From Mobula hypostoma (lineage: Eukaryota), in the NCBI RefSeq assembly GCF_963921235.1, contig NC_086097.1, positions 75,950,001-76,014,000 on the forward strand: a stretch of DNA of 64,000 nt. Direction: 5' to 3'. Within the stretch, counting starts at the first letter, position 1. Each line of letters starts with the position of its first letter. The notes beneath the pieces are model-generated. The model was given only the letters and a program-made list of their open reading frames with translations, was not told the DNA's origin and ran no database searches. Shown here piece after piece: positions 12,431-23,950 of the stretch. A program made the position numbers and the translations under genes.

Positions 12431-14029
12431 CTGGAAGATGAAACAGTAGCGTCCGATTTGCTCAGCTGAATCTCACATGAGTATAGCATCAGGACTGAAC
12501 ACAAAAGATAAAAGCAAAACCCCCTCGAGCTGGACTGGTAGGAGCCATCACCCTTTGGCAACTGAAACAAATAAGACACATTGTGGAGGCTGCATTTCAT
12601 ATGCAAATTAAAGTACTTGTAAAAAAAGTTCACTGTAACCTGCGAACATAGGCATGTTGTTTCGAACTAAACAGCCACAGAAAACAGAAGCAATGTATGA
12701 CACCTACAGTGCACATGGTCATACAGCAAAGAGACCTTGTATTCTGTTTGTTTCGCGTGAAACATTTGGTCATTTTGATGTTTTAATAATGTAGACGGTT
12801 GGTGTAATAAATTCATGACATGCTGAAAGTCTCAACTCACATGCCAATTGTGTCATTTATTAATTTTAGATAAAGATTCAGATAAGCAATACACCAGCTT
12901 AAGTGCAAGAAATTGCTACTTTTATATAAGGACAACAAGACCTTATTTTCTCCAAATTATTTACAATTACTTATGATGCAGAATCTAAATTTGACATTCA
13001 CCACTTTAACATGCTAGATATTCAAGTATTTTCAAGAATATATAACTGAGATATATGTTTTAAAAAGACTGATCTTTACCATGCTAATAGATTGGGAACT
13101 TTCCAGTAGCTAAAATGTGGGATTTCCAAGCTATAATGTAAAGTGCAGTTAACCGTCCTATTTATTGTATAGGCAACTTTCTGACGGGTGCAACATGTTT
13201 AGTAAATTCTAAACTCAATACAGGAATTGATGCCTGCTAAAATTATAGTCTCAGAAATAACGATGATTATAGTCAAGAAATGCAAATTTCTCATCCACTA
13301 TCCTTCACCTATTCTTAGCATTACGGTTTTTGTAAAAGCTACATATTATTTCAATGTTACCTATTTAAACAAGCACAGCAATAATCCAAGTAGCAATTAA
13401 CAAATAAACCAAAAATGCCAGGAATACTGATTGGGTCAGGCAGCATCGGACACTAAAACAGGATTGGACAATGGCCTTTAATTGGTTATGGTGAAGGGTC
13501 TTTATTTTGAAACATTAAATTGAGTATTTTTCTCCAAAAATGCTCCCTGACTTCCTGTATGTTTCTGGTATTTTATACCTTGATTTCAACTTGGAATTTG
13601 AACTTTGAATTTTACTTTGACGGCATCTGCGGGCTTAAGTGTTTATAAGTAAATATTTTAGGTTTGACGTATAGGTTGCACATTCGTCTAATTTTCCTTT
13701 GAAAGTATCGAATAATGGCCCACATTCTCAATATTGAAAGCTTAGGTGATGTAGGGTTGAGCAAGCCAGCAATTAAAGCCCACATTATATGAGCCTTTTG
13801 TAACTCAGATGGAAGACTGTGACTTTCTGTACTCTTCAGGGACAGCAGCAAGACTTATTTATGTTATACCATTATTCTATTTTTGTTGAAAACTTGAGAC
13901 TCTGCTTCAACCATGGCTGGAGGTAGTACCCATAAGGAGAAGAGGGAAGAATAGTTCGACAAGAAATTTCTGACAGCTATGTAACACAGATTTTGCACTT
14001 CTATGAGCATACAGGCTTTATCGAGGTGG

Positions 14030-14430
14030 CAAGGTCCAGGCACCAGAGTGTACTGAGGTGACCGAACCTGATGTTTGGACTTTGATTTAGACACCGGGCC
14101 AGATTGAAAAGGTCAGGGTGTTGGGGTCCGAGGCAAGGGATGGGTCGGTTCAGCTCGCTGCTCCACTATGTTTACTCGGCTCTGTGCTGAACTATGGATC
14201 TCTGACTGTTTTTGTGGACTTTAGTTCAGAACACTATTTGCTTGCAGTTATTGTTCGCATGATTTGTTTTCTTTTCGTTCTCTGTACATTGGGTGTTCGA
14301 CGGTTTTTTTTTTATGGGTTCTTTTGGGTTTCTTTGTTTCATGGCTGCCTGTTAGGAGATGAATACGTACATACAAAGTATACATACTTTGATAATAAAC
14401 GTACTTTGGACTTTGAACATTTGACTTTTT
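14030..14430 (+). mobile_element. Retroposon 3' fragment (Rex1-type tail)
   Basis: Ends ...ACATACTTTGATAATAAACGTACTTTGGACTTTG, the same tail as the Rex1-like copies at about 54550 and 62160. Confidence 0.55.
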
Positions 14431-15477
14431 GTTAGGCTCATGATGTCACATTCATCAAAAGTGTTCTGATCATCAATTCAAAAGATTAATTGTGTTCCTC
14501 TCTTCACAGATGCAGTCTGGCCTTTTCTGTAGTTTTGTAGTTTGTTTTATATGAGACATCTAACAGCTGCAGTATTTTGAATTTCCCCCATCCTATTGAC
14601 TGAACACTTTGTCCAGTGTTATTGATCACGTGAAATTTACATTAAATGCCACTAATATCTACCTTTCTAAGTGGTCATTGTCAATTTGTTAAGTGTAAGA
14701 GTGCTGTGAGGGGGCGAGAATGACAGAAGAAAATGAAGTATAAATGCATTCATTATGGTTAAAAAAAAACATTATATGCACTGTAAAATATCCTGAATGG
14801 TTCCAAGTTTCTTTCATCCTTGAAGCTTTGATAAATATGTTAAATTTTTTCCTGCTCTTCAAAGGGAACCAACCTATATGATATTTGCTGAATCTGCATT
14901 AATAAATTATAATTTACTACACAAGATTTTAATGGTCTCCATTTCACCAAATATTTAATTTCCTTTAGTCTCTGTAAATAACCCATAAAATAATGGTTAC
15001 ATTATTAGTGAAGCATGATGAAACAGTGAACATGATTAGGGAGTTAGATGCAAAAAACAAGGAACTCCAGCTTCTTAAAATAATCTCTTTGATAACGTGA
15101 AGGATCAAATGATAATATAAATAATCTATATTTTAAGTATATTTTTCCTATCCATTTCAAGTCTTTCTATGCCATCATTATCTTCAGCTCCATAACTTTA
15201 CACAGCCCTCCAAGATCTCAGTAGGTCGGCATCCTTTAGCTTTGGTCTCTTGTTCACCCCAATTCAGTTAAGCTGTGGTAATAGATTAGAAACTGATTAA
15301 AAACAGGAAACAAGTGATCAATACGAATGTCATACCAGAGTTAGTGATTAGTGCAAGGACCATTATTATTTCTAATTTACATAAGTGACTGGATTTAGAA
15401 ACGTAATGCAAAAGCATCATACTTTTTCAAACCAAGGGCAGTGGAAATGGAAAAAAAACAGCTCAGAAAATAAGAAC

Positions 15478-15658
15478 AAGAGAAAATCTGCAGATGCTGC
15501 AAATGCTAGAAACACACACAAAACTCTGGAGGAACTCAGCAGGCCAGGCAGCATCTACAGAAAAGAGTACAGTCAGAGATGAAGGGTCTCGGCCCGAAAC
15601 ATCGACTGTTTACTCTTTTCTGTAAAAGCTGCCTGGCCTGCTGAGTTCCTCCAGCATT
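15478..15658. repeat. Palindromic Penelope-derived mini-element with relic hammerhead core
   Basis: Arms CTGGAGGAACTCAGCAGGCCAGGCAGC / GCTGCCTGGCCTGCTGAGTTCCTCCAG flank CAGTC-AGAGATGA-AGGGTCTCGGCCC-GAAA-CATC-GACTG (15570-15608). Confidence 0.8.
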
Positions 15659-15989
15659 AGAAAACATGAATGAAGTAAACAATGTGCTTAATAATGTCAG
15701 ATGAAAATTAGGTAAATAAAGTAAAAAATGCAGTAGCTGATATTACAAGCACTGCAAGTTAACTTACACTCACACTCAAACACACCCACACTCACAGATT
15801 CAAGCTAGAAACAAGCACTTCAGGAGAGCATGCCATTGCTTTGTGCACAATGCAGGACCAATGCGTGGAATATCTACTGTCTTTAGTAGTGGAAGCAATA
15901 AATTTGCAATCACTTAAAAACTATCTGGTGTCATAACCATCATCTTGAGTGAATGAATGAAGATTGACCAAGTCCCTGATTTATAGTTA

Positions 15990-16775
15990 TCCTATGTACA
16001 GAAAAAAATGACAGGTACGCCATTTCATCCAACAGAAGCATTTAAAGGCCCTGGAGTAGATAAAAATCTAGTTCTCGCATCTTCTGAGCTTGCTCAGGAG
16101 GATACTGTTAGAAAGCAGGGAAGCTTTGACGGAGGTTGAGAACCTGACCACCACTGAAAAGGAAACTAATTCCCTTAAAAAGGGAGGGATACTATCACAC
16201 TGGAAATACAAAAATATCTGTAATAATCTGTTGAATATGGAGAACAGTAAGATAGAAGGTGAGAATGGGGTGGATCTATTAGGAAGTCTGATAGGGAAGA
16301 GGGCATTTTTAGAACAGATGTATCAAAGAAAGTTAACATAGGTGAATGTAACTGAGTTGTAACAGAGTAGGTGGGAGAGAAATCAAAGCAGCTGAGGGAG
16401 TCAGCAATCTTGAAGCAAATTCTGATTATTGTCAGAAATGGGGATAGAGGAACTCAGGCGAGAAAGTAAAAGTAGGGGGTATTGTCGTTTGCTAGCTGAG
16501 TTGTCAATGTTTTTCCAATTATCATCAAGAACAGGAAATGTATGAAGCTTTCATCAATATGCAAGAAAAAGAGTCAAGAGAACTCGAGTAAGGTTGGAAC
16601 AAAAATGTTCATTTCCTGTGAAAAAGCAAACTTAACTACAACTCATGTGTTCCAATGGCAGTAACTTTTAATTGGAGGAAGTGAGTAGAGTAACAGGAGA
16701 AACTGTTCATTCAATGAACAAGTTCAGTTAGGAGAATTAGAGTAGTGAGAGACATCTGTTTTGGCCTTCTTTCAA
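15990..16775 (-). mobile_element. Old Penelope-like element RT fragment
   Basis: The minus strand near 16640-16750 reads TTLILLTELVH*MNSFSCYSTHFLQLKVTAIGT, matching the PLE RT motif LLRLAELVLTLNNFSF.SSHFLQ.KGVAMGT. Confidence 0.7.
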
Positions 16776-18942
16776 TCACAATGCTTCAAGTATTCTATTG
16801 AAATTTACACGTTTTAAACACCTATAATAAAATAAAAATATTTTGAACCAGGAATTTAGAAACTTGAAATGGTCGAGCTTATCTGAGCATATAGAGGTGG
16901 GAAAACTGGTTATGGGGTAAACAGGGCTAAGATAAGGGGGGAATATGGGATAGGAATCAACTGAAATAATACATCTGTCAGGAAGTTTTGTGATTTTAGA
17001 CACCAGAAAGAGAAATACTTTTATCTCAGAGTGCAAACTGCAAAAGATGAAATGAAACTGTGGACCAGGAGAACTGTGAAACTGATCTTGTGCTGTTTCA
17101 GACACAGGATTCATTTCTATATGAGCTACAAAATGCAAAGCAATGCAAGAACCGACAAGAAGAAACCTGTTGCCACAAAGAGCAGAATTATGACAAGACC
17201 AATATTCCTGGAAGCAAAAAAAGAAAGTGCTGCAAAAACTCATAGGGTCACCCAACAACATTAAAGAAATATGCAGGGCTTGTATTTCAGTAAAACTGGA
17301 AAAAGAATAGGATTTCACAGGTTTTAGATGCAATCACAGGGAGAAAGAAAAGGAGACAACAAAAGCCCAACTTTGTTACTTTCCATTCCAATCATAACAA
17401 GGTGTTCAGTTTACTTTTTAACAGGTTTAAAGGACATGTATGTAATTAGTAACAGTCTTTTGATGGATCTGCTACTCTGAGGAGATAATTGTTAATTTTG
17501 TAACATCATTTTTTAATCTAATTGTATTAGCATTGCAGTTGCTTTGCGTGTATTATCTGTGCTTCAATATTAAAACTCCAGTGAAAACAGCCTCATTTCT
17601 GAGTCTTTATAAAGAAGCACTTTGTACTGTGCACTACTTTTTCCTCAGTAAACATCCTGACCTCAATCAAGTTAGACACAATTTTTCACACCTTCTAAAC
17701 TATTGTCTAAGCAGAAATTTGCACAATTGCCCTGCACATAAATTATTAGTTTGCTTAATATGCTAACACTTGAATTGTTTCCTTTTTTATTTTTTTAGTG
17801 AAACCAAAGTGTTATAGAGTATTTCTCAGTACTAAAGTAAAGAGTATTATATTATTCAATATTAAAATTTGAATGCAATCCCTTAGCTTATGAACTTAAT
17901 TGATTCAATTCTCTGAAAGTTACCTTTTATGTATTACTCTCATGGCAACGTCAATATCCTCCTCCAGATCTTTTTTTTAAAAAGCAGTGTGAGCAACATG
18001 ACCAGGAAGATACTTCTGTTAAAACTGAAGTAGTCACTATTCCCAATAACAACTTTCCACTGATCATAATCTATGCAATTATACTTAGTATCAAGCTGCT
18101 ACTTAAATTTCAACTAGGTCACTCCCAACGTTAAGACAAAATACTGAATCTCCACAGAGGTAGCGCAAAAGGAGTTTGTTTACCTTTATACATTTAGTAT
18201 CATCAAAGAATATCACAGGGGAGGAGTGAGTGGGGAGTGCTGAAAAGGGGAATAAATACTGTCCCCAGGTATTAATTGAGTACACATTAAAGGTGCTATT
18301 TGCACTTCCTGCATTTTACTTGCTGATGATGCAGCCAGTTCTCTTCCACTAGTGAAAAAAATTCTGCCTACAGGTAAAATTAAATCTGATTTTATGACAG
18401 TAAAACTTACAAGGAACCAACACAGGCATCATTGCCAGGAAAAGTGAAACTGTTAAACAAGTTTAACAGGATGCTTTTCAGAGATATTGTTGACTTCTAA
18501 TTGCAACATTGAGGTAATTACTCTGATGTGCTTAACCACATAATGTCAAATCAAACAATAGTCCTAATACTGAGACTCATCAAAAAGAAGCACGGAACTT
18601 TGAGGTACAAAATTTCTGTATTATATGAAAAGGTTACAAAAATCAGTTAGCTGTGATAGCTAAATTATGGAGCATCTGGTTGTATAAAACCACTAAAGTA
18701 TTAGAATTACAGGTAGAGTTGTTTCTTTTGCTATTATTTCAGTATAAGAGACTGAGCTACAAGGGTTGAGGCAGTTTTGAACTGAACTGAAGCATAATAG
18801 CCATGGTGCTTTAAAAATAAGCCAAGGGGCCTGGTTGCAAGACCCACCAAGGCTGCTGGAAATTTTAATGTGATATATCAACTAACTCTAAATTATATTT
18901 TGAAAAACTAGAATCAGCAACAAAACTGAAATATATACAGTC

Positions 18943-19547
18943 ACAAGGAAATCTGCAAATGCTGGGAATTCAAACAACACACACACACAAAATGCTGGTG
19001 AACGCAGCAGGCCAGACAGCATCTATAGGAAGAGGTACAGTCAACGTTTCAGGCCGAGACCCTTTGTCGGGACTAACTGAAAGAAGAGATAGTAAGAGAT
19101 TTGAAAGTGGGAGGGGGAGGGGAAGATCCAAAATGATAGGAGAAGACAGGAGGGGGAGGGATGGAGCTAAGAGCTGGAAAGTTGATTGGCAAAAGGCTGG
19201 AGAAGGGAGAGGATCATGGGACGGGAGGCCTAGGGAGAAAGAAAGGGGGAGGGGAGCCCAGAGAATGGAGAGCAGGCAAGGAGTTATAGTGAGAGGCACA
19301 GAGGGAGGAAAAAAAGGAGAGAGAAAAAAATGGGGGGGGGATAAATAAATAAATAAGGGATGGGGTACGAAGTGGAGGAGAGGCATTAACGGAAGTTAGA
19401 GAAGTCAATGTTCATGCCATCAGGTTGGAGGCTACCCAGACGGAATATAAGGTGTTGTTCCTCCAACCTGAGTGAGGCTTCATCTTGACAGTAGAGGAGG
19501 CTGTGGATAGACATATCAGAATGAGAATGGGATGTGGAATTAAAATG
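18943..19547 (-). mobile_element. Penelope-like element 3' end (GIY-YIG C-terminus plus pseudo-LTR)
   Basis: HFNSTSHSHSDMSIHSLLYCQDEASLRLEEQHLIFRLGSLQPDGMNIDFSNFR*, then a pyrimidine-rich 3' UTR and a pLTR with a hammerhead-like motif at 19038-19075. Confidence 0.9.
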
Positions 19548-19549
19548 TA

Positions 19550-19720
19550 CAGTCATCTGGTTCACCTTTAGAAAAGGAAATTGAACCTCACCCACAGCAA
19601 TGAGACTGCCTCTCAACTGCCTTCTGAAATTGTCCAGTAAATCACTCAGGTCAAAAGATAATTTTGGAAAGGCGATAAATGCCAGTGTTGTCAGCCACAT
19701 CCCATGGATGAAAAAAAAAA
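19550..19720 (+). mobile_element. SINE 3' half with LINE-derived tail
   Basis: CATCTGGTTCAC...AAGGAAAT...CCCACAGCAATG...CTGCCTTCTGAAAT...GATAAATGCCAG...CACATCCCATGGATG followed by poly-A; the tail resembles the LINE end at about 23250-23300. Confidence 0.55.
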
Positions 19721-19829
19721 TTCCCATCATGGAAACTGCTTAAAAGAGAAAAAAATCCCACAAGTCTTTGCACTATACCAGGAATATGAGGAGCTACCTC
19801 AAGTCATTTTCAATTTGAACTCCACAATT

Positions 19830-20600
19830 TTTAAAAATTTTCTAGCTCTGCATTGCAATCCTTACCAAAATCATAAAAGGCATGTTTTGGATACGTGAGA
19901 AAGGTGATAAACTTCTCCTTATCCTTCTTGAACTATCTGCAGCCTTTAACAGAGATGACCACGCTATCCTTAAACAATGCTGCTCCCGCATTGTCCAATT
20001 AATAGGCTCACATTTATCTCCTTCAATACTTATCTCTTGATGATAGAGAATCACAATTAACTTTCCACTTTCTGTCCACTCGCACAGTATCCCTCAGCAA
20101 CTGGTGACCCCTCCCATCCTCTTTCTATTTCTCTTTTATGTGCTGATATTTGGCAGAAGTATCTAAAATTGCAGTATAATTTTCTAATGGGCACCGATGC
20201 TAGAAATTACATCCAACTCAATATATTGAAATTCATATTAATTACTCACAGAACCTCCAAAACAAACTCTATTCCTTAGTGATGACTTTAATTTTTTTCC
20301 TGAAAATGGTAAGAGCTATATCAGAATATGCATAACATTGTTTCTTATTTGATCCTGTGTTCATCACTGTGACTACATATTTCCTCTTCTGAAATGCTAT
20401 CTGACACCACCCTTGTGTCAAAACATCTGTAACTGAAACACTTATGCCTTTTTTAATAACTAAATTTGACTATTAGCATTCAGTCCTCACCCATCATCTC
20501 AATCTATACGTAGCCTTGAAATCATCAAAAATATTGCTGCCAATGTCTTAAGTCTGACCAAATTCAAGCATGCCACTCTGTTTGGTACACTAGCATATTG
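19830..20600 (+). mobile_element. Degraded L2 LINE
   Basis: LLILLELSAAFNRDDHAILKQ near 19910-19980 corresponds to L2 LLVLLDLSAAFDTVDH.IL; further L2-like relics follow. Confidence 0.7.
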
Positions 20601-20696
20601 TAGGTAAATACCTCCTAACGAATAGCATTGAAATATGTGCCTCATCCATTTTGAGTTCACTTGCAGGAAGAATTCTCAAAAACTGAACACAGTTTC

Positions 20697-20920
20697 CTGC
20701 CACTGTCTGTAAGGAGTTTTTACGTTCTCCCCGTGACCGTGTGGGTTTTTTTCTGGGTGTTCCAGTTTCCTTCCACAGTCCAAAGATGTACTGGTTGGTA
20801 GGTTAATCGTTCATTATAAATTGTCTCGTGATTAGGCTGGGGTTAAATTGGGGAACACTGGTGGCGCAGCTCAAAGGGCCAGAAGGGCCAATTCCATGCT
20901 GTATCTCAATAAAATAAATA
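20697..20920 (+). mobile_element. V-SINE (HE1-like), 5' truncated
   Basis: V-domain GTTCTCCCCGTGACCGTGTGGG...TTTCCTTCCACAGTCCAAAGATGT...GGTAGGTTAAT, a CR1-like tail GGGCCAGAAGGGCC...TGCTGTATCTC and an AATAAA-rich end. Confidence 0.8.
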
Positions 20921-20949
20921 GATTAACATAGTCAATGGAACATAATAAA

Positions 20950-21192
20950 ATCAAGCACCCATTTACACTAACGTTCTTGATTCCCCCTCACTCCTAATAA
21001 TTCACAACAGATTATACACTCTCCTACACAATTTACAGTAATCAATTAACCTACTGACCTGCACAAATTTGGGCTGTGGGAGGAAACTGGTGCACTTTCA
21101 GAAAAACATGCAAATTCCATGATTATACAGGAGGTCACAATTGAATACTGTCATTGGAGCCGTGAGGCAGCAGCTCTGCTAACTGTGCCACT
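20950..21192 (-). mobile_element. Older V-SINE copy
   Basis: Antisense V-domain CAATTAACCTACTGACCTGCAC...TGTGGGAGGAAACTGG and tRNA-head end GTGAGGCAGCAGCTCTGCTAACTGTGCCAC. Confidence 0.7.
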
Positions 21193-21639
21193 CTAGATGT
21201 TGGACAATTCAAGTTTTACAATTGTACATAGCCAGAACTTTCAGAATTCACTTGCTCAGAGAGCTGACGGAAAATTGTGGAATGGGATCCAGGAACCAAA
21301 ACTGCTGGATAGAGACGTACGGTAATTGAAGCTTGGTCTAACTGAATGACAGAACAGACTAAAGGAAGAGGATGGTCTACTCTTGTTCTTATGCAAAATA
21401 TAAGTTGTCATAAACTTCAATTTATATTCATAAGAAAAAGTCCATAATAAAATACTCTTGTAGAATCTCTATGAAAAGTTCCGACTTAAACTACTTCAAA
21501 GCAACACAAAATCCACAATCGTCAGAGTATAATATTGATGAGAAACAAAATGGTTTACATTAAACTAAATAAAAAGCTGTAAGTAAAATTATTAAATAAT
21601 AATTGCTGATACATGAAGTGCAAGCAAATTGCGACTCAC

Positions 21640-21689
21640 TGAGATTCTTTCATTCCCATTACTGTTTGTATACTGTCCAAAGCTGACAT
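21640..21689 (-). CDS. RASGRP1: Predicted RASGRP1 first coding exon (MSALDSIQTVMGMKES-Q)
   Basis: The ATG has A at -3 and an in-frame upstream TGA. The exon ends at a strong donor CA|GTGAGT in phase 2, which joins exon 2 to give ...MGMKESQKPRQECR, the same phase and position as human ...GKAREAPR|KPSHGCR. Promoter-like CpG-retaining sequence is adjacent. Confidence 0.72.
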
Positions 21690-21699
21690 GTTGCATTTT

Positions 21700-21960
21700 G
21701 TCGGTATCTCATTGTTTGTACAGAACCAGAAAGAATAAAATGACAGATTTCATCTCATGCTTCTTGGGCAACGGCCAATCTCTCGCACAGTCGCTGTTAA
21801 AAGTAACTTCAAAAGGAAATGCACTATTTCACAAGCAGTGTATATTTCCGACCTATGAATTGAGATCTTATCATCCAATAGACTGGAGTAGCTGTTTGTC
21901 TGAAGGGCAATGATCATTGGCCTGTTCTAACATTGATATGCAAATAAGCCTGCCTTAAGA
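21700..21960 (-). promoter_or_regulatory. Putative RASGRP1 5' UTR / proximal promoter
   Basis: Non-repetitive, locally CpG-retaining block directly upstream of predicted exon 1. Contains CCAAT motifs (about 21776, 21875, ATTGG about 21916), ETS-like AGGAAAT/TTTCCG and octamer ATGCAAAT at 21938-21945. Confidence 0.55.
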
Positions 21961-22489
21961 AAACATACCATAAATATGTCTTAACAAGCAGAGGTAATTG
22001 TACAGACTAAAGCTCCCCTCACAAGATGGTATGGCAATTATAATTTGCAGTGAACCTGAATATCCATGCGCTAAATATCACTATATTATGGATGTTCTTT
22101 TAATGGTTATTGTTCGTAAACTTTGACAGAGATTTTAGCATAGATAACTAATGATAGTGGCAAAAATGGCATTTAGTAAAGATATATTATACAAGACGAC
22201 TGATGAAAATTAATTGGAAATAAATATCTTAAGGAGACAACTAGCCTTTATCACTCTTTAAAATATTTCCTCTCATATTCTCTTATACTAAATACTACTT
22301 GCAATTTTATCATTGAGCACATATATTAGCCAGTTTATTTTGTATCTAAAAATTTGACTTCAGGTTTGAAATTAGAATTGCATAATTTTGACGGTGAATT
22401 AAAAAAAAAATCAAGTTTAGCTTTTGTAAAACACTATTTGTCTCCAGCAGTAATTTTTTTTGTCAATTCTTGGCTCTAGACTTCACCAC

Positions 22490-22790
22490 TTCACGGTAAA
22501 AGTAAAGTCAATTTATTATAAAAGTACAGATGCATCTCCATATACAACCCTAAGCAATAAATATCAAGAACATATGATGAATAGTACTTGGAAGTTAGTC
22601 CATAGTTCATGGGAACATTTCATTGATGAAGCAAGTGAAGTTGAGTGAAGTTATCCCCTATGGTTCAAGAGCCTGATGGTTGAGGGGTAATAACCATTTC
22701 TGAACCTGGTGGTATAAGTCCTGAGGCTCCTGTACCTTCTTCCCGATGACAGCAGCAAGAAGAGAACATGGCACTACTGGTGAGGGTGTA
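22490..22790 (-). mobile_element. Rex1/Babar LINE 3' fragment
   Basis: Antisense TTCAAGAGCCTGATGGTTGAGGGGTAATAAC...CTGAACCTGGTGG...GAGGCTCCTGTACCTTCTTCCCGATG, homologous to the C-terminal region of the 52.8-54.5 kb copy. Confidence 0.75.
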
Positions 22791-23244
22791 AGAGTGATTT
22801 TTGGGTTTAGGTCATATACAGTTGGTAATTGACTTTGGCTACCTGTCTTCACATCTGAAAATGAATTGTGCCATTAATTTGGAGTGCATCTCTGAACAAT
22901 GGGTTCCTAAAAGCCATGAATCCCAGTCCAGACAATGCTGATTAAAATTCATCTGGATGTCTGTGGCGTGGATTTGAACCAGGAGGTGTGAAGGTTGTAT
23001 GTATTTTCAAAGAAAGCATTGTCCATACATTGTAAATATGGAATTGTCCTTTTCTGGCACATAAAATGTCAAGCCCCATGTTAGGCTAGCCAGACCTTTT
23101 GACTGAAAGTGTCTCTATATGATGCCTGCTGTGCCTTGTTTTGTCAAATAAAGAAGCTGCTTTGTATCTACCAGTACTTTTCTCCCGTGACTTCATTCAC
23201 GCAACAACAGAGGGTCCCTGATGATGGATGCTACTCTCCTGCAA

Positions 23245-23950
23245 TAACATCTGGGCAAGACCAACATTTATTGCCCATCTTTAACTACCCCTGGTAAGCC
23301 ACTGCCTTAAACTGTTGGATAAGGTGTTCCCACAGTGGTGTTGGGAGGGTGTTTTGGGATTTACAACAGACAACATAATACCAGATTGGGATAATGTGCA
23401 ATTTGGAGGAAATTTATGGGTGGTAGTGTTCCCATGCATTTGCTGCCTTTGTTTTACTTGGTTGTAAACATTACTCTCAGGTTAGTTTAGGTAAGTAATT
23501 GCAATACATTTGATAAATGATACACATTGCTACTACATACATTGATGAGATTCTATAGAATCAATGGAGCACCTTCAGCCAAGTGGAGGGTATTCTATTT
23601 CACTCATAATTCGTGCCTTGTAAACAGTAAACAAACTTTGAGGTGTCAGAAGTTGAATAACTCCCCACAAGATACCCAGCCACTGACTTGCTCCAGTAAC
23701 CTAGGTTGCTATGCAGCTGACCCAGTTGAGTTTCTGGCGAATGATGGCCCAGAACGTTGATGGTGGAGCACTCAATAATGGTAAGGTCATTAAATATCAA
23801 AGATAGGTAATTCGATTTTCTCTTGGGGAAGAGAATTATTGCCAATGAATTTTGAGGCAAACAAGTTTCATGTCGCTTATCAGCCTATACTTGGATGGTA
23901 TATAGGTCATGCTCTATGTGCAAGCAATGAACTGCTTTGTTTGCAAACAT
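23245..23950 (-). mobile_element. Old CR1/L2-group LINE 3' portion
   Basis: Minus-strand tail GATGGGCAATAAATGTTGGTCTTGCCCAG, with degraded RT C-terminal coding sequence upstream. Confidence 0.6.

Noticed and set aside
12355-12633. 92-aa ORF as a complete gene
   Set aside because: Only its last 24 codons are exonic (RASGRP1 exon 2); the rest is read-through of intron 1.
16776-17333. 185-aa minus-strand ORF
   Set aside because: No recognisable domain; a F/S/L-rich chance frame from purine-rich plus-strand sequence, partly beside a Penelope relic.
18959-19408. Overlapping G/R-rich and P/L/S-rich ORFs
   Set aside because: These are translations of the low-complexity Penelope 3' UTR.
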